A stretch of 64,000 bases of DNA from Mobula hypostoma (lineage: Eukaryota), in NCBI RefSeq assembly GCF_963921235.1, contig NC_086098.1, forward strand, positions 5,146,001-5,210,000, given 5' to 3'. The position numbers and the translations under genes are program-made. Below, one piece after another: positions 11,411-22,974 of the stretch. The stretch's first letter is position 1. Each line of letters opens with the position of its first letter. The notes beneath the pieces were generated by a model. It had not been told where the DNA came from and ran no database searches. It saw only the letters and a program-made list of their open reading frames with translations.

Positions 11411-13953
11411 CCCTTAGAATCTTTCTTCCTCTTTGGAATGAACTGATCCTGCACCTTCTGTATTATTCCCAGAAATACCTGCCATTGTTGTTCCACTGTC
11501 GTCCCTGCTAGGGTATCTTTCCAGTCAACTTTGGCCAGCTCCTCCCTCATGGGTCCATATTCCCTTTTGTTCAACTATAATACTGACACTTCCGAGTTTC
11601 CCTTCTCCCTCTCAAATTGTAGATTAAACCTTATCATATTATGGTCACTACCTCCTAATGGCTCCTTTACCTCGAGTTCCCTTATCAAATCTGGCTCATT
11701 ACTCAATACTAAATCAAGAATTGCCTTCTCCCTGGTAGGCTGTAATACAAGCTGCTCTAAGAATCCATCTCTGAGGCATTCCACAAACTCCCTTTCTTGG
11801 GGTCCAGTACCAACCTGATTTTCCCAGTCTACCTGCATGTTAAAATTGGTTGGCAGACAGGAAACAAAGAGTAGGGATTAGTCATAGTCATAGTCATACT
11901 TCATTGATCCCAGGGGAAATTGCATTTTCATTACAGTTTCTCCATAAATAATAAATAGTAATAAAACCATAAATAGTTAAATAATAATATGTAAATTATG
12001 CCAGGAAATAAGTCCAGGACCAGCCTATTGGCTCAGGGTGTCCGACCCTCCAAGGGAGAGTTGTAAAGTTTGATGGCCACAGGCAGGAATGACTTCTTAT
12101 GATGCTCTGTGTAGTATCTCGGTGGAATGAGTCTCTGGCTGAATGTACTCCTGTGCCCACCCAGTACATTATGTAGTGGATGGGAGACATTGTCCAAGAT
12201 GGCATGCAACTTGGACAGCATCCTCTTTTCAGACACCACCGTCAGAGAGTCCATTCCATCCCCACAACATCACTGGCCTTACGAATGAGTTTGTTGATTC
12301 TGTTGGTGTCTAAGACCCTCAGCCTGCTGCCCAGGCACACAACAGCAAACATGATAGCACTAGCCATCACAGACTCGTAGAACATCCTCAGCATCGTCCG
12401 GCAGATGTTAAAGGACCTCAGTCTCCTCAGGAAATAGAGACGACTCTGACCCTTCTTGTAGACAGCCTCAGTGTTCTTTGACCAGTCCAGTTTATTGTCA
12501 ATTCGTATCCCCAGGTATTTGTAATCCTCCACCATGTCCACACTGACCCCCTGGATGGAAACAGGGGTCACCGGTACCTTAGCTCTCCTCAGGTCTACCA
12601 CCAGCTCCTTAGTCTTTTTCACATTAAGCTGCAGATAATTCTGCTCACACCATGTGACAAAGTTTCCTACTGTAGCCCTGTACTCAGCCTCATCTCCCCT
12701 GCTGATGCATCCAACTATGGCAGAGTCTTCAGAAAACTTCTGAAGATGACAAGACTCTGTGCAGTAGTTGAAGTCCAAGGTGTAAATGGTGAAGAGAAAG
12801 GGAGACAAGACAGTCCCCTGTGGAGCCCCAGTGCTGCTGATCACTCTGTCGGACACACAATGTTGCAAGCACACGTACTGTGGTCTGCCAGTCAGGTAAT
12901 CGGGTCCTTTTCAGAATGGCAGGCAGTGACTAGTGGGGTATCGCAAGGCTCGGTGCTGGGACCGCAGCTATTTACAATATACATTAATCATTTAGATGAA
13001 GTGATTAAAAGTAACATTAGCAAGTTTGCAGATGACACAAAGCTGGGTGACAGTGTGAAATGTGAGGAGGATGTTATGAGAATGCAGGGTGACTTGGACA
13101 GGTTGGGTGAGAGGGCAGCTGCATAACAGATGCAGATTAATGTGGATAAATGTGAGGTTATCCACTTTGGTGGCAAGAACAGGAAGGCAGATTACTATCT
13201 AAATGGTGTCAAGTTAGGAAAAGGGGAAGTTCAACGAGATCTAGGTGCCCTTGTTCATCAGTCACTGACAGTAAGCATACAGGTACAGCAGGCAGTGAAG
13301 AAAGCTAATGGCATGTTGGCCTTCATAACAAGGGGAGTTGAGTATAGGAGCAAAGAGGTCCTTCTGCAGTTGTACAAGGCCCTGGTGAGACCCCACCTGG
13401 AGTATTGTGTGCAGTTTTGGTCTCCAAATTTGAGGAAGAACATTCTTGCTATTGACGGAGTGCAGCATAGGTTCACTGGGTTAATTCCAGGGATGGCAGG
13501 ACTATCATGTGTTGAAAGATTGGAGCGACTGGGCTTGTATACACTGGAATTTAGAAGGATGAGAGGGGATCTGATTGAAACATATAAGATTATTAAGGGT
13601 TTGGTCACACTAGAGGCAGGAAACATGTTCCCGATGTTGGGGGAGTCCAGAAACAGAGGCCACAGTTTAAGAAGATGGAGTAGACAATTTAGAACGGAGT
13701 TGAAGAAAAACTTTTTCACACAGAGCATTGTGGATCTGTGGAATGCTCTGCCTCAGAAGGCAGTGGAGGCCAATTCTCTGGATTCTTTCAAGAAAGAGTT
13801 AGATAGAGCTCTTAAAGATAGCGGAGTCAAGGGATATGGGGAGAAGGCAGGAACAGGGTACTGATTGTGGATGATCAGCCATGATCACAGTGAATGGTGG
13901 TGCTGACTTGAAGGGCTGAATGGCCTACTCCTGCACCTATTGTCTATTGTCTA
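11411..13953 (+). mobile_element. CR1 insertion with inverted 5' EN segment (11411-11846, minus) and sense RT 3' segment (11842-13953)
   Basis: EN motifs on minus (EPLGGSDHN), RT on plus (ORF 13130-13864), (CTATTGT)n tail at about 13937-13953. Confidence 0.75.
11879..12901 (-). mobile_element. Rex1/Babar-type LINE family A, 5'-truncated
   Basis: GAPQGTVLSPFLF, QLNVKKTKELVVD, YKYLG; (ACTATG)n tail; splits CR1 at GGGATTA|CGGGTCC. Confidence 0.9.
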
Positions 13954-14060
13954 TCATCTAACACTGTATTCCATCTGCCACTTTTTTGCCCATTCTTCCA
14001 ATTTGTCTAAGTCCTGCTGCAATCACATTGCTTCCTCAGCACTACCTACCCCTCCACGTA

Positions 14061-15489
14061 CAGTACCTATAAAAATTATTCACACCCCCACCAGAAGTTT
14101 TCATGTTTTATTGTTTGACAACATTGAATCACTGTGGATTTAATTTGGCTTTTTTGACACTGATCAACAGAAAGAGTCTCTCTCGTGTCAAAGTGAAAAC
14201 AGATCTCTATAAATTGATCTAACTTAATTACAAATAGAAAACACAAGATAATTGATTGCCTAAGTATTCACCCCCTTCAAGTCAGTATTTAGTAGATGCA
14301 CCTTTGGCAGTAATTACAGCTTTGAGTTTGTGTGGATAGGTCTCTATCAACTTTGCACATCTAGACACTGTAATTTTTCCCCATTCTTCTTTGCAAAGCT
14401 GCTCAAGCTCTATCAGATTTCACGGGGATCATGAATGAACAGCCCTTTTTCAGTCCAGCCACAAATTCTCAATTTTGGTTGAGGTCTGGACTCTGACTAG
14501 GCTACTCAAGGACATTAACAATGTTGTTCTTAAACCATTGCTGTGTATCTTTGGCTTTTTGCTTGGGGTCATTGTTTTGCTGGAAAACAAATCTTCTCCC
14601 AAGTCACAGTCCTCTTGCAGTCTGTATCAGGTTTTCCTCCACAATTTCTCTGTGTGTTGCTGCATTCATTTTACCCTCTACCTTCACAAGTCTTCCAGGG
14701 CCTGCTACAGTGTGAAGTATCCCCACAGCATAATGCAGCTGCCACCATGCTTCATGGTAGGGATGGTGTGTGGTGTTTGGCTTATGCCACAGATAGCGTT
14801 TAGTCTGATGGCCTAGAAGTTCAATTTTGGTTTCATCTTCTTCCAGCTGACTTCAGAGTCTCCCACATACTTTATGGCAAACTGTGGCTGAGATTTCATG
14901 TGAGTTTTTTTTCAACAGTAGCTTTCTCTTTGCCACTCTCCCATAAATCTACGACTCCTGAAGTACACAGATAACAGTTGATGTATGCATAGTCTCTCCC
15001 ATCTCCACCACTGAAGCCTGTAACTCCTCCAGAGTTGTCATAGGTCTCTCAGTGGCCTCTGTCACTGGTCTCCTTCTTGCACGGTCACTCAGTTTTTGAG
15101 GAGGCCTGTTCTAGGCAGATTTACAGCTGTACCATATTCTTTCCATTTCTTGATGATTGACTTAACTGTACTCCGAGGGATATTCAGTGACTTGGAAATT
15201 TTCTTGTATCTATCTCCGGACTTGTGCTTTTCAACAACCTTTTCACAGAGTTGCTTGGAGTGTTCGTTTGTCTTGACGGTGAAGTTTTTGCCAGGATACT
15301 GCAATCAATTGAAAACCTTGACTGCACACAGGTCTCCCAAAAACAGATCTCCATTTAACTAATTATATGACTTCTACAACCAGTTGCTGCACCAGGGATG
15401 AGTTGGTGTGTCATATTAAAGGTGGGGGTGGGGTGAAAACTATAAAACATAAAAACTTTCGGGGGGGGTGAATACTTTTATAGGCACTG
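14061..15489 (-). mobile_element. Tc1/mariner DNA transposon with decayed transposase
   Basis: TA duplication (14059-60, 15490-91); TIRs CAGTACCTATAAAAATTATTCACACCCC / GGGGTGAATACTTTTATAGGCACTG; internal direct repeat AAGTATTCACCCC near 14262; paired-like HTH (ORF 15089-15304) and C-terminus CAKLIETYPHKLKAVITAKGASTKY*. Confidence 0.93.
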
Positions 15490-16242
15490 TATCTTCATGC
15501 CATCAATTTCATTATCAAAATCACTGACAAACAATGTGAAAATTAACAGTCTCAATACTGACCCCTGAGGAGCACCGCTAGTCACTGGCAGCCAACCAGA
15601 AAAGCCACCTGTTATTCCCACTTGCTGCCTCCTGACTGTCAGTCATTCCACTATCCATGCCGGCATCTTTCCTGAAACACCATAAGATTTTATCAAGATG
15701 AGCAGCCTCATGTGTGGCATCTTTTCAAATTCCTTCTGAAAATTCAAAAATTGACATTCACTGCCTCTCCTTTGTCTACCCTGTCTGTTGCTTCCTCAAA
15801 GAACTCTATCAGATTTGTCAGGCAAGATTTCCCTTTGCAGAAACCATGCTGACTTTGACTTAATTTATCATTAGTCTCCAAGTACCCTGAAACCTCATCC
15901 TGAATAATAGACTCCAACACTTTCCCAACCACTGAAGTTGGGCTAACTGGTCTAGAATTTCCTTGCTTTTGCCTTCCTCCCTTCTTAAAGAGTGGAGTGA
16001 CATTTGCATTCTTCCAGTCTTTGAGGACCATGCCAGAATCAAGTGATTCTTGAAAGATCATGACCAATGCATCTGTTATCTCTTCAGCATCCTCTCTCAG
16101 GACTCTGGGATGTGACTTATTCACCTTAAGACCTTTCAGTTTGCCAAGCACTTTTCCTTTGTAATGGCACTAACTCCTACTCCCTGACATTCATGGATCT
16201 CTGCACACTTCTAATGTCTTCTGATGCAAAGTACCCATTGTT

Positions 16243-16925
16243 AGAAACATAGAACATAGAAACATTGAAAACCTGTAGCACAACACAGGCCCTTTGGCTC
16301 ACAAAAGCTGTGCCAAACTTGTTCATACCTTAGAACTACCTAGGCTTACCCATACTCCTCTCTTCTTCTAAGCTCCATGTATTGATCCAGGAATCTCTTA
16401 AAAGACCCCATCGTTTCCACCTTCACCACTGCTGCCGGCAGCCCATTCCACACACTCACCACTCTCTGCGTAAAAAACTTATCCCTGACGTCTTCTCTGT
16501 ACCTGCTTCCAAGCACCTTAAAATTAGCCCTCTCATGTTAGCCATTTCAGCCCTGGGAAAAAACCTCTGACTAACCACACAATCAACACCTCTCATTATC
16601 TTATACACCTCTATCAGGTCACCTTTCATCCTCCATCACTCCAAGGAGAAAAGGCCGAGTTCACTCAACCTTTTCTCATAAGGCATGCTCCCCAATCCAG
16701 GCAACATCCTTGTAAATCTCCTCTGCACCCTTTCTATAGTTTCCACATCCTTCCTGTAGTGAGGTGACCAGAACTGAGCACAGTACTCCAAGTGGGGTCT
16801 GACCTGGGTCCTATATATCTGTAACGTTACCTCTCAGCTCTTAAGCTCAATCCTACGGTTGATGAAGGCCAATGCTCCGTATGCTTTCCTAACCACAGAG
16901 TCAACCTGCGTAGCAGCTTTGAGCG
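16243..16925 (-). mobile_element. CR1 3' fragment (different subfamily) nested in old CR1
   Basis: (AGAAACAT)n tail and RT C-terminal homology (RPHLEYCAQFW-like). Confidence 0.8.
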
Positions 16926-17779
16926 TCTCTGAGTGTTCATCTGCAATTTCTTTATCCCCCGTTACTAACTCACCAGCATCATTTTCCAATGGTCCAATAT
17001 GAACTCTCACCCCCCTTTTACTCTTTAGAATACTGAAAAAAAATTGCCATTCTGCTTTATGTTATTGGCTAGTTTGCCCTCATATTATATTTTTCCCTTC
17101 TTACAGCTTTCTAGTTGCATTTGTTGGATCTTAAAAGCTTCCCTATCATCAAACTTCTCACTCACTTTTGCTACATTATATGCCTTTTCCTTGGCTTTCA
17201 TGCAGTCCTTAACTTCCCTTGTCAGCCATGGCTGCCTACCCCTGCATTTGGGAACAATTTCTTCTGTGGGACATACAGTACCTATCCTGCAGCTTGTAAA
17301 CTATTCCCAGAAACTTTAGCCATCTCTGCTCTGCTCTCATTCCCACCAGTATCCTCCTCCAATCCACCTGGGCAAGCTCCTCTCTCATGCCTCTGTAATT
17401 CTCTTTATTCCATTGTGATACTGATACACGTGACTTATGCTTCTCTCTCTCAAATTGCAGCATGAATTCAATCATATAGTGATCACTGCCTCCTCAGGTT
17501 TCCTTTATGTTAAGCTCCCTAATAAGATCTGGGTTATTACACAACACCCAATCTAAGATAGCCTTTCCCTGAGTAAACTCCAGCACCAGCTGCTCTAAAA
17601 AGCCATCTATCTCAAAGGTATTCAACAAATTCCTTCTCTTGCGATCCCACACCAATCTAATTTTCCCAATCCCCTTGCATATTGAAATCACCCATTACAA
17701 TTTTGACATTACTCTTATTACATGCCTTTTCCAGCTCTCTTTGCAACTCAACTCCACACCTTGGCTACTATTTGGAGTT

Positions 17780-17920
17780 TAGCAATCCACCTATTTAACT
17801 CTAGCCTCCTAATCACAGAAAAATTTACACTGACCAATTAACCAACTAACCTGCACGTCTTTGAACTCCAGAGCATAAACCAAAAGACAGTCATGGAGAG
17901 ACTATTCAAACTCCTTACAG
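17780..17920 (-). mobile_element. tRNA-derived V-SINE/HE1-like fragment
   Basis: TGACCAATTAACC..CATGGAGAGAC..CAAACTCCTTACAG resembles the reverse complement of the SINE body at 57.45-57.55 kb. Confidence 0.55.
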
Positions 17921-18523
17921 ATTCAAGATCCAAGATTGTTTATTGTCATTTCCAATGTATAAGTGTAAGAGGGAACAAAATAATTGTTACTCCAGATCTG
18001 ATGCACACAACAAAACCCACAAAAGATAAAGAACACAATAATAATATCAATAATAATGATAAACACATAATAAATATAAAGACCTAAGATAGCTTATAAA
18101 CATAGATTGATTGTATGTCCATATTGTGATGCTGGGCTGTACATAAGGTAGTGGTGAGTTAATGTTGATCTGCCTTACTGCTTGGGGAAAGTAGCCATTT
18201 TCAAGTCTGATTGTCCTGGTGTGGAAGCTATGTAGCCTCCTCCCTGAGGGGACTGGGACAACAGTCCATGAGCAGGGTGGGTGGGATCCTTCATGATGTT
18301 ACTGGCCCTTTTCCGGTACCTTTCTGAATATATGTCCTCGATGGCGGGCTATCCGAACTCTGACACCATGAATTGTAATAACATTGTGCCAACCACTACA
18401 TTACTGTGGCTCCTCCGATATTTTGTGTGCGTTGATCTGCAAAGCTTTCTCCACTCTAATAAACAAATGTACAGAAATTTTCCTCCTTCAGGTATGCCTA
18501 ATATCCTTTTCAAGGATAAGACA

Positions 18524-18851
18524 TTGATGGGTGAGTCCAGAACCAGAGGCCTCAGTTTAAGAATTAGGGGTAGGCCATTTAGAACGGAGTTGAAGAAAAA
18601 CTTTTTCACCCAGAGAGTGGTGGATATATGGAATGCTCTGCCCCAGAAGGCTGTGGAGGCCAAGTCTCTGGATGCTTTCAAGAAAGAGATGGATAGAGCT
18701 CTTAAAGATAGCAGAATCAAAGGTTATGGGGATAAGGCAGGAACTGGATACTGATAGTGGATGATCAGCCATGATCACAGTGAATGGCAGTGCTGGCTCA
18801 AAGGGCCGAATGGCCTACTCCTGCACCTATTGTCTATTGTCTATTGTCTAT
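18524..18851 (+). mobile_element. CR1 3' fragment (same subfamily as 13.1-13.95 kb)
   Basis: GESRTRG..KNFFTQRVV..GTGY*, 3' hairpin, (CTATTGT)3 tail. Confidence 0.9.
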
Positions 18852-19009
18852 AATGAATAATCCCAATGAGAAAACTGCAAAGAATAATCAAAGTGAGAGA
18901 ACTGCTAAGAATAATTTTAGTGAGAGAACTGCAATGAATAATCCCAGCAAGAAAACTGCAATGAATAATCCCAGTGAAAAAATTGCAATGAATAATCCCG
19001 CAAGAAAAC
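18852..19009. repeat. 27-bp minisatellite, about 6 degenerate units
   Basis: Consensus approximately AATGAATAATCCCAGTGAGAAAACTGC. Confidence 0.85.
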
Positions 19010-19959
19010 GACTTCTCTTCATCCAGATAACTAAGGCAATTATACATCTATAATGTTGACAGGTGCAGGCTTTTAAAAATATCTCATTCGAGACGAATAA
19101 GACCTTTTCTGTCGGGCAACAAGAATTAATATGGCACATTGTTTTTCCCTAGATTTACCAATGAATGATTACTTTCACTGCCACCCAAGTAATAAATGAT
19201 TTTTTTTTTCTGTAAGAGTGAAATGGGGTTAACTCCTTCCAGATGAAACACACATTTGCTTGTAATGCTTCCGACTGAACATCTGGCATGTGCAATATGG
19301 CTTTCTCTAAACTGGACAACCATACACAGATTGAGAAGCCCGTTAGCAGAAGATTTCCATATAATCCATGAGGCCAGGACTGAGTGACTGTTTCTTTAGT
19401 TTATTACTCCACTCCAAAGAGTTTTGTCTTCAGTCACTCACACAGTACTAACAAAACCAATGTTAATTCGAGGAGAAGCCACAATAAGAATGGGGAGAGG
19501 AGAGGATGGGGAAGATTAGTCCTAGGTTTCATTTTAATGATATAATTTAATAAATCTGAGTGTGGGTATTTCACTCAATGCTCTTCAATACATTTAATTT
19601 AATTCAACACAGTCCTTAATGAGTAGAACTGCATTCAGTAAACTCAGAATTTAAATGAACAATGTAAATAATTTTATCCTCTAAATCAAAAGTAATAAAC
19701 CATGTACTTTAGGTATGATGAAAATTAGTTGTGATGAAATGTAAATCTCTTCCAATGCATGTCAAGCTTTTTGAATTGGATGAACAACATTAATCCATGT
19801 CTGTAGCTTGGACAAATCCTTCCATAATCAATGGCTATGTGAACAAATTTCAATCGAAATTTAAATCCAAAGAAAAGTTGGAATTGTTTTGGATAATCCA
19901 TACAACATTTATCATTTGCATGAAAAATTGTCTGTAAACCAGCGATGGCCAAATATCCA

Positions 19960-20105
19960 GGCAACACACATCAAAGTAGGGGATGAAGGGTCTCGGCCTG
20001 AAACGTCAACTGTACCTCTTCCTAGAGATGCTGCCTGGCCTGCTGCGTTCACCAGCAACTTTGATGTGTGTTGCTTGAATTTCCAGCATGTGCAGAATTC
20101 CTGTT
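19960..20105 (+). mobile_element. Short Penelope-like insertion with 16-bp target-site duplication
   Basis: GATGGCCAAATATCCA at 19944-19959 and 20106-20121; 17-bp inverted arm at 19961-19977; hammerhead core truncated on its 5' side. Confidence 0.88.
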
Positions 20106-20319
20106 GATGGCCAAATATCCACTGCTGTTCTGGTAAAACACACTGATAGTTTTATCAAAGGTCGATGATCTCAGCTGGAAATTAGATCCCAAGCTGGATG
20201 TAATAAAATTCAGCTGTCATAACAGATTGTAAAAGGCAGTGGTTGATGAAGGAAATGAAGATGTGGTGTTTGCATCATAAGCCTACCAAAATGGTGGGTA
20301 TAGCTCAGTTTCTCAAAGG

Positions 20320-20790
20320 AAAATCCATCCCCACCATTGAGCACATCTACAAGGAGAACTACCGTGAGAGAGCAGCTTCCATTTACCTGCCATTCGGCCT
20401 ATGCTGCCTTCTCGCTGCTGCTACTGGGAAGGAAGCACAGGAGCCTTGGGTCCTACACTACCAGCTCCAGGAAAAGTTATTGCCCCTCAACCTTCAGGCA
20501 TGGATAACTTCACTCACCTCTACTCTGAACTGATGATGGAAATCAGCCAACCGACTCACGTTCAGTGACTTCGCAGTATTATCTATAGTATTTCTCTACT
20601 TATTTGTTTGTTTGCTTTGAGCTTGCACAGTTTGTCTTCTTCTGCACATTGGTTGTTTGTCAGTCTTCGTTTCTGAGTAGCTTTTCATTGATTCTCTTGT
20701 ACTTCATTGTTCTACTGAAAGAAAATGAATGTCAGGATAAGATTTGGTGACATATATCTACTTTGATAATAAATTTGCTTTGAACTTTGG
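20320..20790 (+). mobile_element. Rex-derived short element (same family as about 55825-56310)
   Basis: Shared CCACCATTGAGCACA..TACAAGGAG start, Rex C-terminal remnant and AAATTT..TTTGAACTTTG tail. Confidence 0.65.
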
Positions 20791-22169
20791 GCAGAAGGGA
20801 TGTTGATAAGACATGGTCTGAGGTCCTGGTTGGGATCAAGATCTCTAACCCTTGAAAGAGTGTAATTTTTCTTATAAGTAATCAAAGAATGTCCCCTGGA
20901 ATACAATGGAAGGGATGGCAAGTTGCAGCAAAATTGCAGGAAGTTTTAAAATGTACCATTCATTTTGGGAGGACAAGTTATCATCAAAATAGAACAGGTG
21001 CTGTTTTCTCCCAGTAAGGATTAGTTTTTAGTTCCAAGTGCTCTTGCCATGTTTTGTCACCCTGCAACCTTGTCCTTCAATCTCTTTGAACTGTGGAGAA
21101 CAGCATGTGTATCAACGTCTCTCTCCAGCAGACTTCATCATGATCATCATGACTCCAGTATTTCTACTATTTTTACTGTTTCTTAATTGTAAATATGATT
21201 TTTTTTGTGTTCTATCGCTGAGCAGCAGTGAACCATCTGATTGGCCTATCAGAGTTCTCTTTGGGAACTAGTTGACTTGATCAGCATTTCTGATCTGGCT
21301 GTTGTTCATGATTGCACTTAATAAAAAAAAAAGGGAGAAACCTGCTGCAGGAATTTGCAGTGCAAAGGGATTTGGGGATTCTAGTCAAAGTCAAAGTTGA
21401 AATGGAATTTATTATCAAAGTACAGTATATGTTACTATATACTATCTTGAGATTAATTTTTGTAGGCATTTACAGGAAAATAAAGAAATACAATAGGATT
21501 TATGAACTTTTCTTTGGGTTTAAATTTTGATTGAAATTTATTCGCATAACCATTGGTTATGGAAGAATTTGTCCACGCTACAGACATGGATTAATGTTGT
21601 TCATCCAATTCAAAAGGCTTTTCTGTTCAAGGGCATTGGTGTTTCCATGCTGGACTGCGATGCTGCCAGTCAGCATTTACTCCACTGTGCATCTATAGCA
21701 GTTTGTCAAAGTTTCAGATGACATATCGAATCTGCACAAACTTCCAAGAAAGTAAAGGCTTTCTTTGTAATAGCACTTATGTGGATGACCCAGGACAGAT
21801 CCTTGAAATGGCATCACCAAAGAATTTGAAGTTACCAACCCTCTCCTCCCCTGATCCCCTGACGAGGCTGGTTCACGAACCCCAGGTTTTCTCCCCCTGT
21901 AGCCAACAACCAGCTGTTTGGTTTTTCTGGTACGTCATTTAGTACTCATGTAATTTAGCACATAAATAATTGATTCTCTTTTGTTTGCTTCTCTTCCCGA
22001 GGGTGTGCTGGGGGCAGTCCGCAAGTGTCACCTGACATTTTGACGCAAACGTAGCAGGTCTGCAACGCTCAGCAGAATAACACAAACAACACAAAATGGA
22101 AAATGCCATGTGAGAAAGCAACAACAGAGAATTAGCACAAATATCTATTTCACTCTTTGTGCCAATCTA

Positions 22170-22713
22170 CAGTACCCTGAAAGAATCTTAGGCACATGTA
22201 AATAGCGAGGGTGCCTAAGATTGTACTGTATTTGTCAACGTGGAGCGGAAGGCAAGTTTGTAAATCCGGTAGGAGCAAAGGTTGTTGGGAATGGTGAGGG
22301 TGGAGCGCCACAGGAGGGGTGTGGGACGAGTGGCAGAGAAAGAGTGCTGGGGTGGGGGTGGTGCGGGTGCAGACACACGCAGCCCTGAGACACCAGGCAA
22401 GGTCATTTGATTCCAAACAATTGGTTAATTGATCATTACAAAATGTCTCTCTGCTGCTTCCCACTCCCTCCCCTCTCCCTTCTCCTTTTCCCAATCATGA
22501 TTCCCCTCTCCCCCTCTCCCTGTCCCCTTCCCACTCTCAGTCCACAATAGAGACCCGTATCAGAATCAGGTTTATCATCGCTGACATATGTCATGAAATT
22601 TGACTTTTTTCATGGCAGCAGTACAGTGCAAAACATAAAATTACTGTAGTACTGTGCAAAGGTCTTAGGCAACCTTGCTATAGATTTGTGTCTAAGAATT
22701 TTGCTCAGAACTG
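22170..22713. mobile_element. Composite non-autonomous Tc1-type element with palindromic ends
   Basis: TA at 22168-69 and 22714-15; each end is a 60-65 bp palindrome built on CAGTACTGTGCAAAAGTCTTAGGCAC-like TIRs. Confidence 0.75.
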
Positions 22714-22974
22714 TACCTGTGGTAAATAAATCTGATTCTGTACCTAAGTTACAATTAGAACTTTAAAGACCTTCCTTAGGCAGATACTAACCTAACACAA
22801 GGTATGTAAAACAACAGAGCAGTCTGAGCAAAGAGATTATTTGCTCTCCACCACATGACAGCCATCCTTGCCAACCTGCCCTGATGCCCAGAACAGAAGC
22901 TTTTATTTGGTTTACTGCCAGCAGATCAGTGCTGTCAATTCACACTGTTAACTGGTGAAGCTGAAGGACCAAAG

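Larger units (their letters stand above)
10795..17775 (-). mobile_element. Old CR1, fragmented by nested insertions (pieces about 10795-11410, 13958-14060, 15490-16240, 16930-17775)
   Basis: Colinear decayed RT then EN motifs (ORFs 15744-16151, 17236-17475, 17494-17691); sequence rejoins across each insertion. Confidence 0.8.

Noticed and set aside
18852..19009. CRISPR-like array
   Set aside because: Contiguous degenerate units with no unique spacers; eukaryotic context.
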